A stretch of DNA of 64,000 bases from Promethearchaeota archaeon (GTDB lineage: Archaea; Asgardarchaeota; Heimdallarchaeia; Hodarchaeales; Hodarchaeaceae): contig JBHLMN010000004.1 of the NCBI GenBank assembly GCA_048938105.1, forward strand, positions 128,001 to 192,000, written 5' to 3'. The position numbers were made by a program, and so were the translations under genes. The notes under the pieces were generated by a model, which did no database searches, had not been told where the DNA came from, and was given only the letters and a program-made list of their open reading frames with translations. The number at the start of each line of letters is the position of its first letter. Position 1 is the stretch's first letter. Below are positions 49,909-59,105 of the stretch, piece by piece.

Positions 49909-51273
49909 ATGTTCATAAACAAAGTCTTAGGGACTCAAGAATTATCCTCTCGAGCTCAATACTATATGAGGACTTTCCTCTATCTAAGTATGATTATCTC
50001 ATTTCTTGGAAGTTTATCCAGTACATTCTATGTTCTATTTTCTATTGATCATATCGGGTTTGGATTAACTGCTGTTTGCACTAGCATCATGTTGGCGACT
50101 CAATTAATATTTGATTATCCTTCTGGGTCGTTAGGGGATTGGATCGGGCAACGATGGGTCTTAGCGATCGCCTTCAGCTTTTATGGAGTGTCTTTTCTCT
50201 TCTTGACGTCTGCATCCACATTTCTTGATTTTGCATTAATTGCTATAATAAATGGGTTTGGCAATGCTCAATCATCAGGAGCATTTAACACTTGGGTAGA
50301 TAATAATTACCGTGTGGCAGTAGGTGAGGCCGATCCTGATAGGAAAATTTATGGTTTTTCTACATCACGAGTTAATTCCCTTAACAATTTTGCATTAGCA
50401 GCTTCATTCATGGTAGGGGGAACCATAGCGACTCTTGTTTCCCGTCGAATTGTATTTGCGATACAATTCGGATTAAGTATTATCATTATCTTCCTCTTCC
50501 TTGCTTACCTAAGAGATATCAAAATTGATGATACACCCTCTATTGAGCCTTCAAAGACAAATTCGAACGCTGTTTCGAATTATTTTACATACCTTAAGGG
50601 TGGAATAAAATTCTTATTTTCAAGCAAAGCTGCTTTCTTCTTTCTCGTCGGAAATGCCATTTTTAATGTTACATGGATGATTTGGGGTGGTTTGGTGTTA
50701 TTTCCCTTGTACTTCGGTTATACAGGAACAGATGCACTTGCCGGATTGCTTCGAACTTCCCTCTTTCTGGCTGGAATTCCACTTTCGTTTTATATGGCAC
50801 ATATAAATAAACGAATCTCGAATGAGAAACTTCCTATTTTTCTCTTTCTAAGTACACTGTTATTTTTCCCTTCTTTCATACTCTTGACCCTATTTATGCC
50901 TCCGTCAAACAAAATTAATTTACTTGGAATCGCTCTAACCTTTATCCTACTCTGGACCATTGTTGGCACAACATTTAATATAGCCCAGACCCTCATACAG
51001 CGAATTATGCTTGATTTGGTTCCTTCAGAAAATCGCAATTCTGTTTATTCTTTGATGCCAACAGTTTTTTCTCTTATTGGTATTCCTGTTATTCCTTTTG
51101 CAGGAATAATTATTGAATCATACGGATTAGCAGGAGGTATTTTTACCGCTGGTATCGTTTGTATAATCGGATCTTTATTATTATCTCTCAGTCTGCATTT
51201 TAAATATAAGACTAAAACAAGACAAATCAGAGCAGCCATTCCTGATATTCATCCAATAGCTTATGAACCCTAA
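49909..51273 (+). CDS. MFS transporter
   Basis: DYPSGSLGDWIGQR motif A, about 12 TM, VPSENRNSVYSL. Confidence 0.9.
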   Translation: MFINKVLGTQELSSRAQYYMRTFLYLSMIISFLGSLSSTFYVLFSIDHIGFGLTAVCTSIMLATQLIFDYPSGSLGDWIGQRWVLAIAFSFYGVSFLFLTSASTFLDFALIAIINGFGNAQSSGAFNTWVDNNYRVAVGEADPDRKIYGFSTSRVNSLNNFALAASFMVGGTIATLVSRRIVFAIQFGLSIIIIFLFLAYLRDIKIDDTPSIEPSKTNSNAVSNYFTYLKGGIKFLFSSKAAFFFLVGNAIFNVTWMIWGGLVLFPLYFGYTGTDALAGLLRTSLFLAGIPLSFYMAHINKRISNEKLPIFLFLSTLLFFPSFILLTLFMPPSNKINLLGIALTFILLWTIVGTTFNIAQTLIQRIMLDLVPSENRNSVYSLMPTVFSLIGIPVIPFAGIIIESYGLAGGIFTAGIVCIIGSLLLSLSLHFKYKTKTRQIRAAIPDIHPIAYEP

Positions 51274-51380
51274 ATCTTACGAGTCAGAAATACTGTTCTT
51301 AAGCCACTTTATTCAGAAATAGGATTTTCAAGACAGATAAGAAAGATGAATAACTGATCCACTAATTGAAGGAACTTCCC

Positions 51381-52463
51381 CTATGGTTTCATTTTTTTCT
51401 TTCGCGCCATCATTAAGACAAATCTTGCCGAAATTAAACCTCCTATAACGAAAGCGAATTCAAAACATGGAATAGCTGCAAAATGTGAAGCTATCGAAAT
51501 TTCTCCTCTATACACTAATGTGAGATCAGCTTCAAAAATGAAAAGCTCACGATCCTGATCAGCAAGATAGACGTATTCTCCGTCATAAAATATATCATGA
51601 GGGGTGGCATCCCTGTAATGGGCAATTTCAAAAGGTTGGTTAATATCTGTTATATTCAGGAGATACACTCCCTTTTGTAGGTCGGCAACATAGAGATGAG
51701 TTGTGTTTCCAGTAACACCAAAAACTTCACATTCAGATTTTTGATATTGCCCTAAGATTGTTGGTGATTGAGGGGTTGAAATATCAATAATACGGACTCC
51801 ATTTCCATGACAACCTAAGAACATTAGATGTTCATAAATGTAGATATCAATGACACCATGAGTTCCAGAAACTGTTCTGATTCTACTTGGAGAGGAAGGA
51901 TCTGAAACATTAATAACTTTTAGACCGTTATTAGGATCAGCAAGGTATGCAAGGCCATCCTTGAGCGCAATATCTCTGAATTCACCTCCATCATCGAATG
52001 TACTAACCTTAGTAATTGCTTTAGGATTAGAAATATCGAATATTTCGAGACCACGGGGATATTCTGTTACATACGCATAAGAACCTTCAACACATACACT
52101 GTTTGCACTTCCCCCATCCGAATACTCTCCAATAATAACTGGTCTATCTGGGTTACTGATATTTACTATAAGGAATCCATTACTGTCGCTAGCAATATAT
52201 AAAAAGTCTTCAATTACTTCTACTCCAAATGCGCCGTCACTAGTAGTGATTTCTCCGATTTGTATTGGATTGCTTGGATTACTAACATCGTGGATTTCTG
52301 TACCATCATTATTTGTGATAAAAACATAATTATCTTGGACAAAGACCTCATATCCAACATTGATCCCGTTTTGTGTAATGATCATTATACCAAAAACAAT
52401 CACACATATACCAATGAAAATTGCACCAATTATTGGAACAATGATCTTTCTGTTTAATCTCAT
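51381..52463 (-). CDS. LVIVD-repeat beta-propeller surface protein
   Basis: Repeats YxAxxxxGLxIxDISxPxxP, N-terminal signal/TM, C-terminal IPCFE-TM-RKKK. Confidence 0.88.
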   Translation of the reverse strand: MRLNRKIIVPIIGAIFIGICVIVFGIMIITQNGINVGYEVFVQDNYVFITNNDGTEIHDVSNPSNPIQIGEITTSDGAFGVEVIEDFLYIASDSNGFLIVNISNPDRPVIIGEYSDGGSANSVCVEGSYAYVTEYPRGLEIFDISNPKAITKVSTFDDGGEFRDIALKDGLAYLADPNNGLKVINVSDPSSPSRIRTVSGTHGVIDIYIYEHLMFLGCHGNGVRIIDISTPQSPTILGQYQKSECEVFGVTGNTTHLYVADLQKGVYLLNITDINQPFEIAHYRDATPHDIFYDGEYVYLADQDRELFIFEADLTLVYRGEISIASHFAAIPCFEFAFVIGGLISARFVLMMARKKKMKP

Positions 52464-52532
52464 TTTTTTTCCACTTTGAGCTTTTATTTAATGAATCTAA
52501 GAATTTTGCACTTAGTTTAATCATCCAACATC

Positions 52533-53627
52533 TTACATATTCTTTGTTCGAAAAACCTTTTGCTTAAATACTAGGAATGAGGATAATCCGATAATAGCAA
52601 AAACTAGTTCAAAACTTGTGGCAGTTACAGAATCAGTTTTAGAAGTATTATTACTTTCTTCAATTTGAATAATCTCAAGGCCATCAGACCCATCAGCTAC
52701 GTAAACAAGATTGTTAACCCCAAATACATCTTGTCCTTGCCCACCATCGTTGTACTCTCCTAGTTTTATGGGATGAATGGGGTCATTTATTTCTATTATC
52801 TCCAATCCGTCTTCCCAGTCTATAGTGTAAGCAATATCGCCAATTATATGAACGGCTACAACATCTCCCCCATCATGAAATTGACCTAATTCAATAGGAT
52901 TTTGGGGATCATTAACGTCTAGAATCTCAAGTCCATCTTCTTTATCTGCAATATATGCAATATTATCAATAACAGATAATTCAACAGAGTGTCCACCGTC
53001 AAAATATTGACTTAATTTAGTAAGAATAGTGCGTTGGCTAACGTTAAGAATCTCTATACCATTTGTGTATTCAGCAGCATAGAGAATATCATCTATCATC
53101 TGAAGGGAAAATACTGATCCACCATCGTCAAATTCCCCAATTTTTATCAGATTGGAAGGATTAGTAAGATTTAAAATCTCTATACCATTATACCAATTAG
53201 CTAGATAGCCAATATTACCCTTAGGAATAAGTTGATGAGCATCTGAAGCATAATACTCTCCCAGTTTAGTGGGATGTGAGGGATCACTTATGTTAAGGAT
53301 AAATAGACCATTTGTATTGCAAGATAAATAAAGAATATCATCAACAACTTGAACTCCTCGTGCTTGCCTAATATTATATTCACCTAGTTCTACAGGATCA
53401 GATGGATCACTAATATCTAAGACCTCTAATCCATCTTCAAAATCAGCTACGTATGCAATATCGTTAATGATTTGGAAGTTTACAGTTTCTCCTCCATCAT
53501 TAAACTGTCCGATTTTCGTTATTTTTATTTGTGTAGTTGTTTGAGAAAAAACTGGAACTATTATCAAAATATTTTGTAGACAAATCGCGAATACATAGCA
53601 AACAATTATTAATTTGCCTTTTCTCAG
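52533..53627 (-). CDS. LVIVD-repeat beta-propeller surface protein
   Basis: Repeats AYVADxEDGLEILDxSDPxxP. The signal peptide is complete only with a CTG start at 53627 (GGAGTGA upstream). C-terminal ATSFE-TM-basic. Confidence 0.88.
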   Translation of the reverse strand: MRKGKLIIVCYVFAICLQNILIIVPVFSQTTTQIKITKIGQFNDGGETVNFQIINDIAYVADFEDGLEVLDISDPSDPVELGEYNIRQARGVQVVDDILYLSCNTNGLFILNISDPSHPTKLGEYYASDAHQLIPKGNIGYLANWYNGIEILNLTNPSNLIKIGEFDDGGSVFSLQMIDDILYAAEYTNGIEILNVSQRTILTKLSQYFDGGHSVELSVIDNIAYIADKEDGLEILDVNDPQNPIELGQFHDGGDVVAVHIIGDIAYTIDWEDGLEIIEINDPIHPIKLGEYNDGGQGQDVFGVNNLVYVADGSDGLEIIQIEESNNTSKTDSVTATSFELVFAIIGLSSFLVFKQKVFRTKNM

Positions 53628-53728
53628 GTTGTGTCACTCCTGGTCAGTATTTATTCATGATTTCTTCTTTTTCAAAATAAATAATGTGAAATCTCTCTAT
53701 TGACTAGCTGTTCATCACTAATTATATT

Positions 53729-54877
53729 TCATTTAAACCTAGGTCTTAATTTTGAACGGATTTTAATATCCAAAATGAAACCAGTTAATACAAAGATAAC
53801 AAAGTACATCTCAAATCCTGGACTTGAATTTGAAGTTTTTATATCATCTTCAAACGATATCTCGATAATTTCAAGGACATCGTCCCTATCAGTCATAAAG
53901 GCAATGTTATCACTTACAAAAACGTCGGTAGCATGTCCACTGCCATCATGGTACTGGCCAATTTTAGCAGGATTAGAAGGATCGCTAATATCAAGAACTT
54001 CCAATCCTTCATGAAAATTTGTAACATATGCTAAATCCCCTTCAACAAATGTTTCCATTGTAAAACCCCCATCATGGAACTCAGAAACTTGTGTTATATT
54101 AGTAGGGTCATGCACATCGAGAATTCTTAACTCCCCAGATTCATCATGATGATCAGCAGCAAAGAGATAATTATTGTAGACAAAAGGATAAATAAAATCT
54201 ATTTCATAACGTATATAGTTCCCTAATTCGAATATATTACATGGATTACTAATATTCAGAACTCTTATTCCAGTATATTGAGTACAGTGATCAGTTATAT
54301 ACATTAAATTGTCCTTGATAAAGAAATCATGAAAATATCTTCCAATAGGTTTATACTGGCACAATTCATTAGGATGTGCGGGATCACTTACATTAAGAAC
54401 CTCTAATCCATCTGCATTATCCGCAAGAAATGCTATATCCCCTAAAACTTGAACGTGAGTTGCATATCCTCCATCATTATGACTTCCGATTTTTTTAGGA
54501 TTGGTAGGATCACTAACATTAATAATCTGTAATCCTTCCTCTTTAGCTGTAAGATAAGCGGTTTCTGTTGTAACAAATAAGGAATTTGGGAGTCCATCTA
54601 TGAAATAAGAACTCAGCTTTTTAGGATTTGAAAGATCAGAGATGTCAATTATTACAAGACCACCAGGATTGTCATCGGTTGTATCTACAACATAAGCGAG
54701 ATCACCTATCACTTGAACATCGTAGGCTTCACCATTCGTGTCAATTTGCCCCACTTCTTTCAGTATAATTTTTTGGTGAAATGCTACTGGAAAAATGATT
54801 TTTCCACAAGTAATTGTAAATAGACAGATAATCCCAATTGTAGGAATAACTTGTTTTCTGTTAAGTCTTATCCTCAC
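53729..54877 (-). CDS. LVIVD-repeat beta-propeller surface protein
   Basis: GLVIIDISDLSNP and related repeats, signal peptide, C-terminal SPGFE-TM-basic. Confidence 0.88.
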   Translation of the reverse strand: MRIRLNRKQVIPTIGIICLFTITCGKIIFPVAFHQKIILKEVGQIDTNGEAYDVQVIGDLAYVVDTTDDNPGGLVIIDISDLSNPKKLSSYFIDGLPNSLFVTTETAYLTAKEEGLQIINVSDPTNPKKIGSHNDGGYATHVQVLGDIAFLADNADGLEVLNVSDPAHPNELCQYKPIGRYFHDFFIKDNLMYITDHCTQYTGIRVLNISNPCNIFELGNYIRYEIDFIYPFVYNNYLFAADHHDESGELRILDVHDPTNITQVSEFHDGGFTMETFVEGDLAYVTNFHEGLEVLDISDPSNPAKIGQYHDGSGHATDVFVSDNIAFMTDRDDVLEIIEISFEDDIKTSNSSPGFEMYFVIFVLTGFILDIKIRSKLRPRFK

Positions 54878-54901
54878 TTTCTTAAATCCTTCTTCACGTT
54901 C

Positions 54902-55129
54902 TTAACTACTAATAGCGTAATAACAACGACGTGTATCTGTTATGTCAGGGATTTGAATAATCAACTGAGCATTCATTAGTCGTCGCAACGCATAACGGAT
55001 AGTCCGTATAGAATAAGTTGTTTCAGATACAAGCTCTTTAGTTGAGAGAGGTTCGTGGGTTTGTATGATAGAATATACTATCTGAGCAGACGGAGGCATA
55101 ATATTCAATAAATCCATATTACTTATCAT
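54902..55129 (-). CDS. Small winged-HTH DNA-binding protein
   Basis: MPPSAQIVY...LSTKELVSET.YSIRTIRYALRRL...DTRRCYY, typical of small archaeal wHTH proteins. Confidence 0.85.
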   Translation of the reverse strand: MISNMDLLNIMPPSAQIVYSIIQTHEPLSTKELVSETTYSIRTIRYALRRLMNAQLIIQIPDITDTRRCYYAISS

Positions 55130-55498
55130 TCTTGAACCACATTACAGTTTTTATCTATACTACTCCTATTTTTTAGGTGATTTTCACCGAAATTTCGTTT
55201 AAAACGATTTTCAATCATTTATAGGAATGATTCACATCATCTGCATTAAGTCTGAACTATAACTTTTAAGGCTTTGCTATAGTGCAATATCTAAAACTTA
55301 TTAGAATGATATTATGGATTAAAAATTACACAATTCAAAAGTTTTAAATATAGGTCAAAAGAATATGTAGTGCAATCGTATAAAACTCTTTGTTGATAAT
55401 AACAATCTATCCAGATTCGTAAGAGAAAATATCTCTAGGGCCATATTGTCAAGGTAAAAAATAAGTAGGTATAAAAAAATTATAAAAAGGAAGTTGTC

Positions 55499-56119
55499 AT
55501 GAGCTCTATCTCCGGTTCCATTCCTCCTAGGACTTTTCAAATTCTTCAAGATGAAACTCGATTAGCAATCATTATCTGTTTGCAAATTTACCATCAATTA
55601 ACAGTCAAACAGCTAAGTGATTTCCTTCATAAAGGAAAGACAACAATCACTCATCACTTACGAAAATTGGATGAAGCTGGAATCGTCGGCTGGAGAGAAA
55701 GAGAAGAAGATAGGAAAAAATACAAAACGAGATATTATTTTATTAGTGATGACAATCTAAAAAGAGGGGTTGGAATCACAAAGAAAATAAGCGAATTTCA
55801 TGATAAAGATTCAATTTTTCGAATAATGAAAACAGAAGCCGCAATAACCTATAATCTTATGGAATGGATGATTGATTTTACTGAAAAGCAGGAAGCTGAC
55901 CTAAAATCGTTGAAAGAACGCGGTAACTCTTTCATTCGAACTTTTATCCTCACACCCGAAACACTTCCTATCTATCAAGAAGGTATGCAAAAAATTGCGG
56001 AAATGATAGAGTTAGAAAATAAAAAATCTCAAGATTCCCCTGTTACCCATATTAGTTCCCATGTTTTTGTACAGATTAAAGATATCTTAGAATGGAAACA
56101 AAAACTCAAAAAAGAATGA
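55499..56119 (+). CDS. ArsR-like winged-HTH regulator
   Basis: LQDETRLAII...LTVKQLS...KTTITHHLRKLDEAGIV. Confidence 0.85.
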   Translation: MSSISGSIPPRTFQILQDETRLAIIICLQIYHQLTVKQLSDFLHKGKTTITHHLRKLDEAGIVGWREREEDRKKYKTRYYFISDDNLKRGVGITKKISEFHDKDSIFRIMKTEAAITYNLMEWMIDFTEKQEADLKSLKERGNSFIRTFILTPETLPIYQEGMQKIAEMIELENKKSQDSPVTHISSHVFVQIKDILEWKQKLKKE

Positions 56120-57240
56120 CCCGGAAAATATTGAATATGAGAAAATTCAACATTGTTGAGATTGAAAACAGCTATTTAAATTTCTTTACACCAGCTATGA
56201 TTATTGCGGCTGGAATATTCTTACTCTACTTATTTAATTGGCCCTTGTCCTTTCTCCAATGGATGATATACGAATCTAATGCAAATATCAATCTAGATAT
56301 AATGAGCGCAATAATTGCCAATATTACAGGGATTGCAATCTGTTTTATTACTTATTTTATCTTCATTCCCCGTTTAAAAGTTCAAGATGCTAAATATAAC
56401 AAAATTAATTCAATAAGCATTATTACAGTTTTTATTGTCTTCCTAATTATCATCTTTTTTAGGTTGATAATGACAAATCTATTCGAATCCTTAGACATCA
56501 CCATTTATTTGGTTCCTCCATGGTTTATGGATTCCTACAATCTCTTATTTAATCCAATGATTTGGATTTTATTTTTATCTTATCAGTTTTTTATTCTCCC
56601 CATATATACAGAGCTACTTTATCGCAGAACAATTATTCCTCTTTTAGAAGATCGCGGTTTGTCCCCTTTTCTTGCAGTAATCCTCTCAAGTTTAGGATTC
56701 TGTTTATTATTTTTACCTCAGTATTTTCAACCAACTAATTATCTTGGGACATTATATTGGTTCATTTCAACTTTCTTATTTGGGTTAGGTACAGGTTTGA
56801 TCTATATACTTACACGGAATATCCTACTCTCAATCCTTTATACGATAATCTATTATGTCTTTCGTTTAAGTGGGGAGATAGGTACTTTTTTCCAAGATAA
56901 TTTCTTATTAATGATTCATTCTCTTCTTAGTATAATAATCTTGATAAGTGGTTTCATCCTAGTTATCTATGTTGTTTGGAATTTATATCAGACGAAATCT
57001 ACTGTAACATGGGTACACATCATTAGGACACCTTCAGCCCCAAAAATTACTCGTGGATTGATCGGTTACTTTGCTATTTCGTTGGTATTGGTGAGTATTC
57101 ATTTTATAATATCGAATTTTATTTTAAAATTCCTCTCCTCTGATATGTTATTGATGTTTGCAGCAAACTCGTTTTTTTACCTGATAGCGTTTTCTATTCC
57201 ATTTTGGTTAACCATAACCTCAGAATATGCTCAGTATTAG
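56116..57240 (+). CDS. CPBP (Abi/Rce1-like) family membrane protein, catalytic motifs degenerate
   Basis: PIYTELLYRR (EExxxR-like), AVILSSLGF, GLIYILTRNILLSIL. ATGA overlap with the upstream regulator. Confidence 0.7.
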   Translation: MTRKILNMRKFNIVEIENSYLNFFTPAMIIAAGIFLLYLFNWPLSFLQWMIYESNANINLDIMSAIIANITGIAICFITYFIFIPRLKVQDAKYNKINSISIITVFIVFLIIIFFRLIMTNLFESLDITIYLVPPWFMDSYNLLFNPMIWILFLSYQFFILPIYTELLYRRTIIPLLEDRGLSPFLAVILSSLGFCLLFLPQYFQPTNYLGTLYWFISTFLFGLGTGLIYILTRNILLSILYTIIYYVFRLSGEIGTFFQDNFLLMIHSLLSIIILISGFILVIYVVWNLYQTKSTVTWVHIIRTPSAPKITRGLIGYFAISLVLVSIHFIISNFILKFLSSDMLLMFAANSFFYLIAFSIPFWLTITSEYAQY

Positions 57241-57290
57241 AAGAAGTTGAGTTAATGTTCGATTGAAGAAAAAAAGGGAAGAGGGGGAAT

Positions 57291-58223
57291 TTAATCTTTC
57301 ATACCGAAAGCAATTCCTGTCAACACTTTATTAGGCTTGTATTTTCCCAAAATAGCAGCAAATTCTGAGTCTCTAGGACCAATGAAGGTACTGAGTGGTT
57401 TGTCAGTACCATAATTATTAGAGACACATTCTTTGGCTATATTAATGATCAATGGTTTGTAAGCCTGTTCATTTCCAGGTCGAAACGCATGAAAGCGGAG
57501 AATAAGTCGTTCCTCTTCTTCTCCTGGGGCTTTGAAGACTAGTGGAGCTGAAGCCATTACTAAAGTATCATTTTTGAAAACCATTACGGCATTATTACCC
57601 TTTTCTTGTCCATCTTTAAGCACTCGGTCTTTAAAATAAGTGACGATGTCTTCATCAGAGCCAAATTGTCCAAAATATCGGCCATCTGTCTTAATCAGGT
57701 CAACAAGAAGATCAATATCATCCATGGTGGCAAGACGAGTTGTGAAATCCTTTTCTACATAATCAGATTTGTTAACTTCATTCATATCGATTTCATATCT
57801 GTATCCTTTAGATTTTTCAACCAACCCTTTCCCTTTAAAGAAATCCATAACCTTCTTATCATCTATAGAGGCATTCATTCGGATATCGTATTTTTTTGCG
57901 ATCTCCCGTTGTTTGACATACTCCAGCATTTCATCAAATAATTTATCCTGAACACCTTCTGGACAGTTTGGAAGAGCCCATGGATAACCAAGGTGAGTTT
58001 CTTCAATGGGATCATAATCTCGCGCTTGAATATAGGCTAAAGGGTTTCCTTCTTCATCAATAGCATATCTAATTGTCTTAGGATCAATTTTCTCACGCTC
58101 AAATCGTTCGATGATCTGTTGACCCGTCACAGGTTGAGTACTAGGATTATTTTCATTATATATTTTAGCTTGAAGTTCTTCAAGACCCTGGTTTGGTTCC
58201 CAATAACGGTAATTTACTTTCAT
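57291..58223 (-). CDS. Hypothetical protein, probable tandem GNAT-like fold
   Basis: Two repeats beginning YRYW and TTRLATMDDIDLL, plus the MDFFKGKG motif B-like segment. ATG 58223 has AGGAGTG upstream. Confidence 0.55.
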   Translation of the reverse strand: MKVNYRYWEPNQGLEELQAKIYNENNPSTQPVTGQQIIERFEREKIDPKTIRYAIDEEGNPLAYIQARDYDPIEETHLGYPWALPNCPEGVQDKLFDEMLEYVKQREIAKKYDIRMNASIDDKKVMDFFKGKGLVEKSKGYRYEIDMNEVNKSDYVEKDFTTRLATMDDIDLLVDLIKTDGRYFGQFGSDEDIVTYFKDRVLKDGQEKGNNAVMVFKNDTLVMASAPLVFKAPGEEEERLILRFHAFRPGNEQAYKPLIINIAKECVSNNYGTDKPLSTFIGPRDSEFAAILGKYKPNKVLTGIAFGMKD

Positions 58224-58275
58224 TCTTGATACACTCCTTTTTATTTGTACAGTCAACGAAAAAAGGCTTTTTGAT

Positions 58276-58299
58276 ACATTCTCATTCTAATGAGAATGT
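58276..58299. promoter_or_regulatory. Perfect 11-bp inverted repeat (putative operator)
   Basis: ACATTCTCATT-ct-AATGAGAATGT, between the divergent GNAT-like and HTH genes. Confidence 0.65.
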
Positions 58300-58418
58300 G
58301 ATCTTAGGGATAAGAGAACTTTTAATATTTACCTATCGAGGCAATGATATGACATTAACTAATTTGTAGCGAAAAGATTAACTTTCAGAAAAGAATAATA
58401 ACAATTCAGTGTGAAAGA

Positions 58419-59087
58419 ATGTCAAACAAACAATTCAAAGATGCAATAACTTTTTCCCAGCCTTTAATGAAAGAAATAACTGATAATGATTCGATTAAGC
58501 TCTTTAAGGATAAAAATCTTTCATCTGTCATAGAATTCTTACGAACTCATAAAGGTCCAATGACTGTAACAGAACTAGAAAACGCTTTCAAGAATACTGG
58601 GAAAAAAAAATCAGATAAAACAATTTATCGGTATCTCAAAACACTTGAAGAAGCTAATTTGGTGATACAGGCTGGAAAAAGGGTTTTCAAAACTGATAAG
58701 AAAAAATTAAAGACTCAAACTCTCTATATGAGAACTGCAAAAATCTTTTTCCCAATCATGGACCTTGAAGAGAAAGAAGAACTTTCAGAGGAAGAACAAC
58801 AACAAGAAGAGAAAATGATTGAAGCTATTGGTATTTCAATTGGTAAATATATGAATGTTAAACTTATATCAACAGATTGCTTGAAAGAATTTTTGAAAAA
58901 ATTCTACAGGGAGGGAGCTTCATTACCAAGGACAATTATACAAAATGCAAGTGATGAGATAACAGATTTATTAACGGATCTAGATTGGAAGTTTATTGAA
59001 AGCGCTGTAAAAACTATCAATTTTCTGGTAATTTTGAGCGATAAAACTAATTGGCAGATAGAACTAGCTAATTGTTTCCATGATTAG
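58419..59087 (+). CDS. Winged-HTH transcriptional regulator
   Basis: GPMTVTELE...KSDKTIYRYLKTLEEANLV...LYMRTAKIF. Confidence 0.8.
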   Translation: MSNKQFKDAITFSQPLMKEITDNDSIKLFKDKNLSSVIEFLRTHKGPMTVTELENAFKNTGKKKSDKTIYRYLKTLEEANLVIQAGKRVFKTDKKKLKTQTLYMRTAKIFFPIMDLEEKEELSEEEQQQEEKMIEAIGISIGKYMNVKLISTDCLKEFLKKFYREGASLPRTIIQNASDEITDLLTDLDWKFIESAVKTINFLVILSDKTNWQIELANCFHD

Positions 59088-59105
59088 TTTACATCATTGG
59101 ATACC

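Noticed and set aside
22558-57240. ICMT-like plus Rce1-like genes as a eukaryote-style CAAX processing pathway
   Set aside because: They are over 30 kb apart, both families are common in prokaryotes, the CPBP protein lacks catalytic residues, and no prenyltransferase is present.
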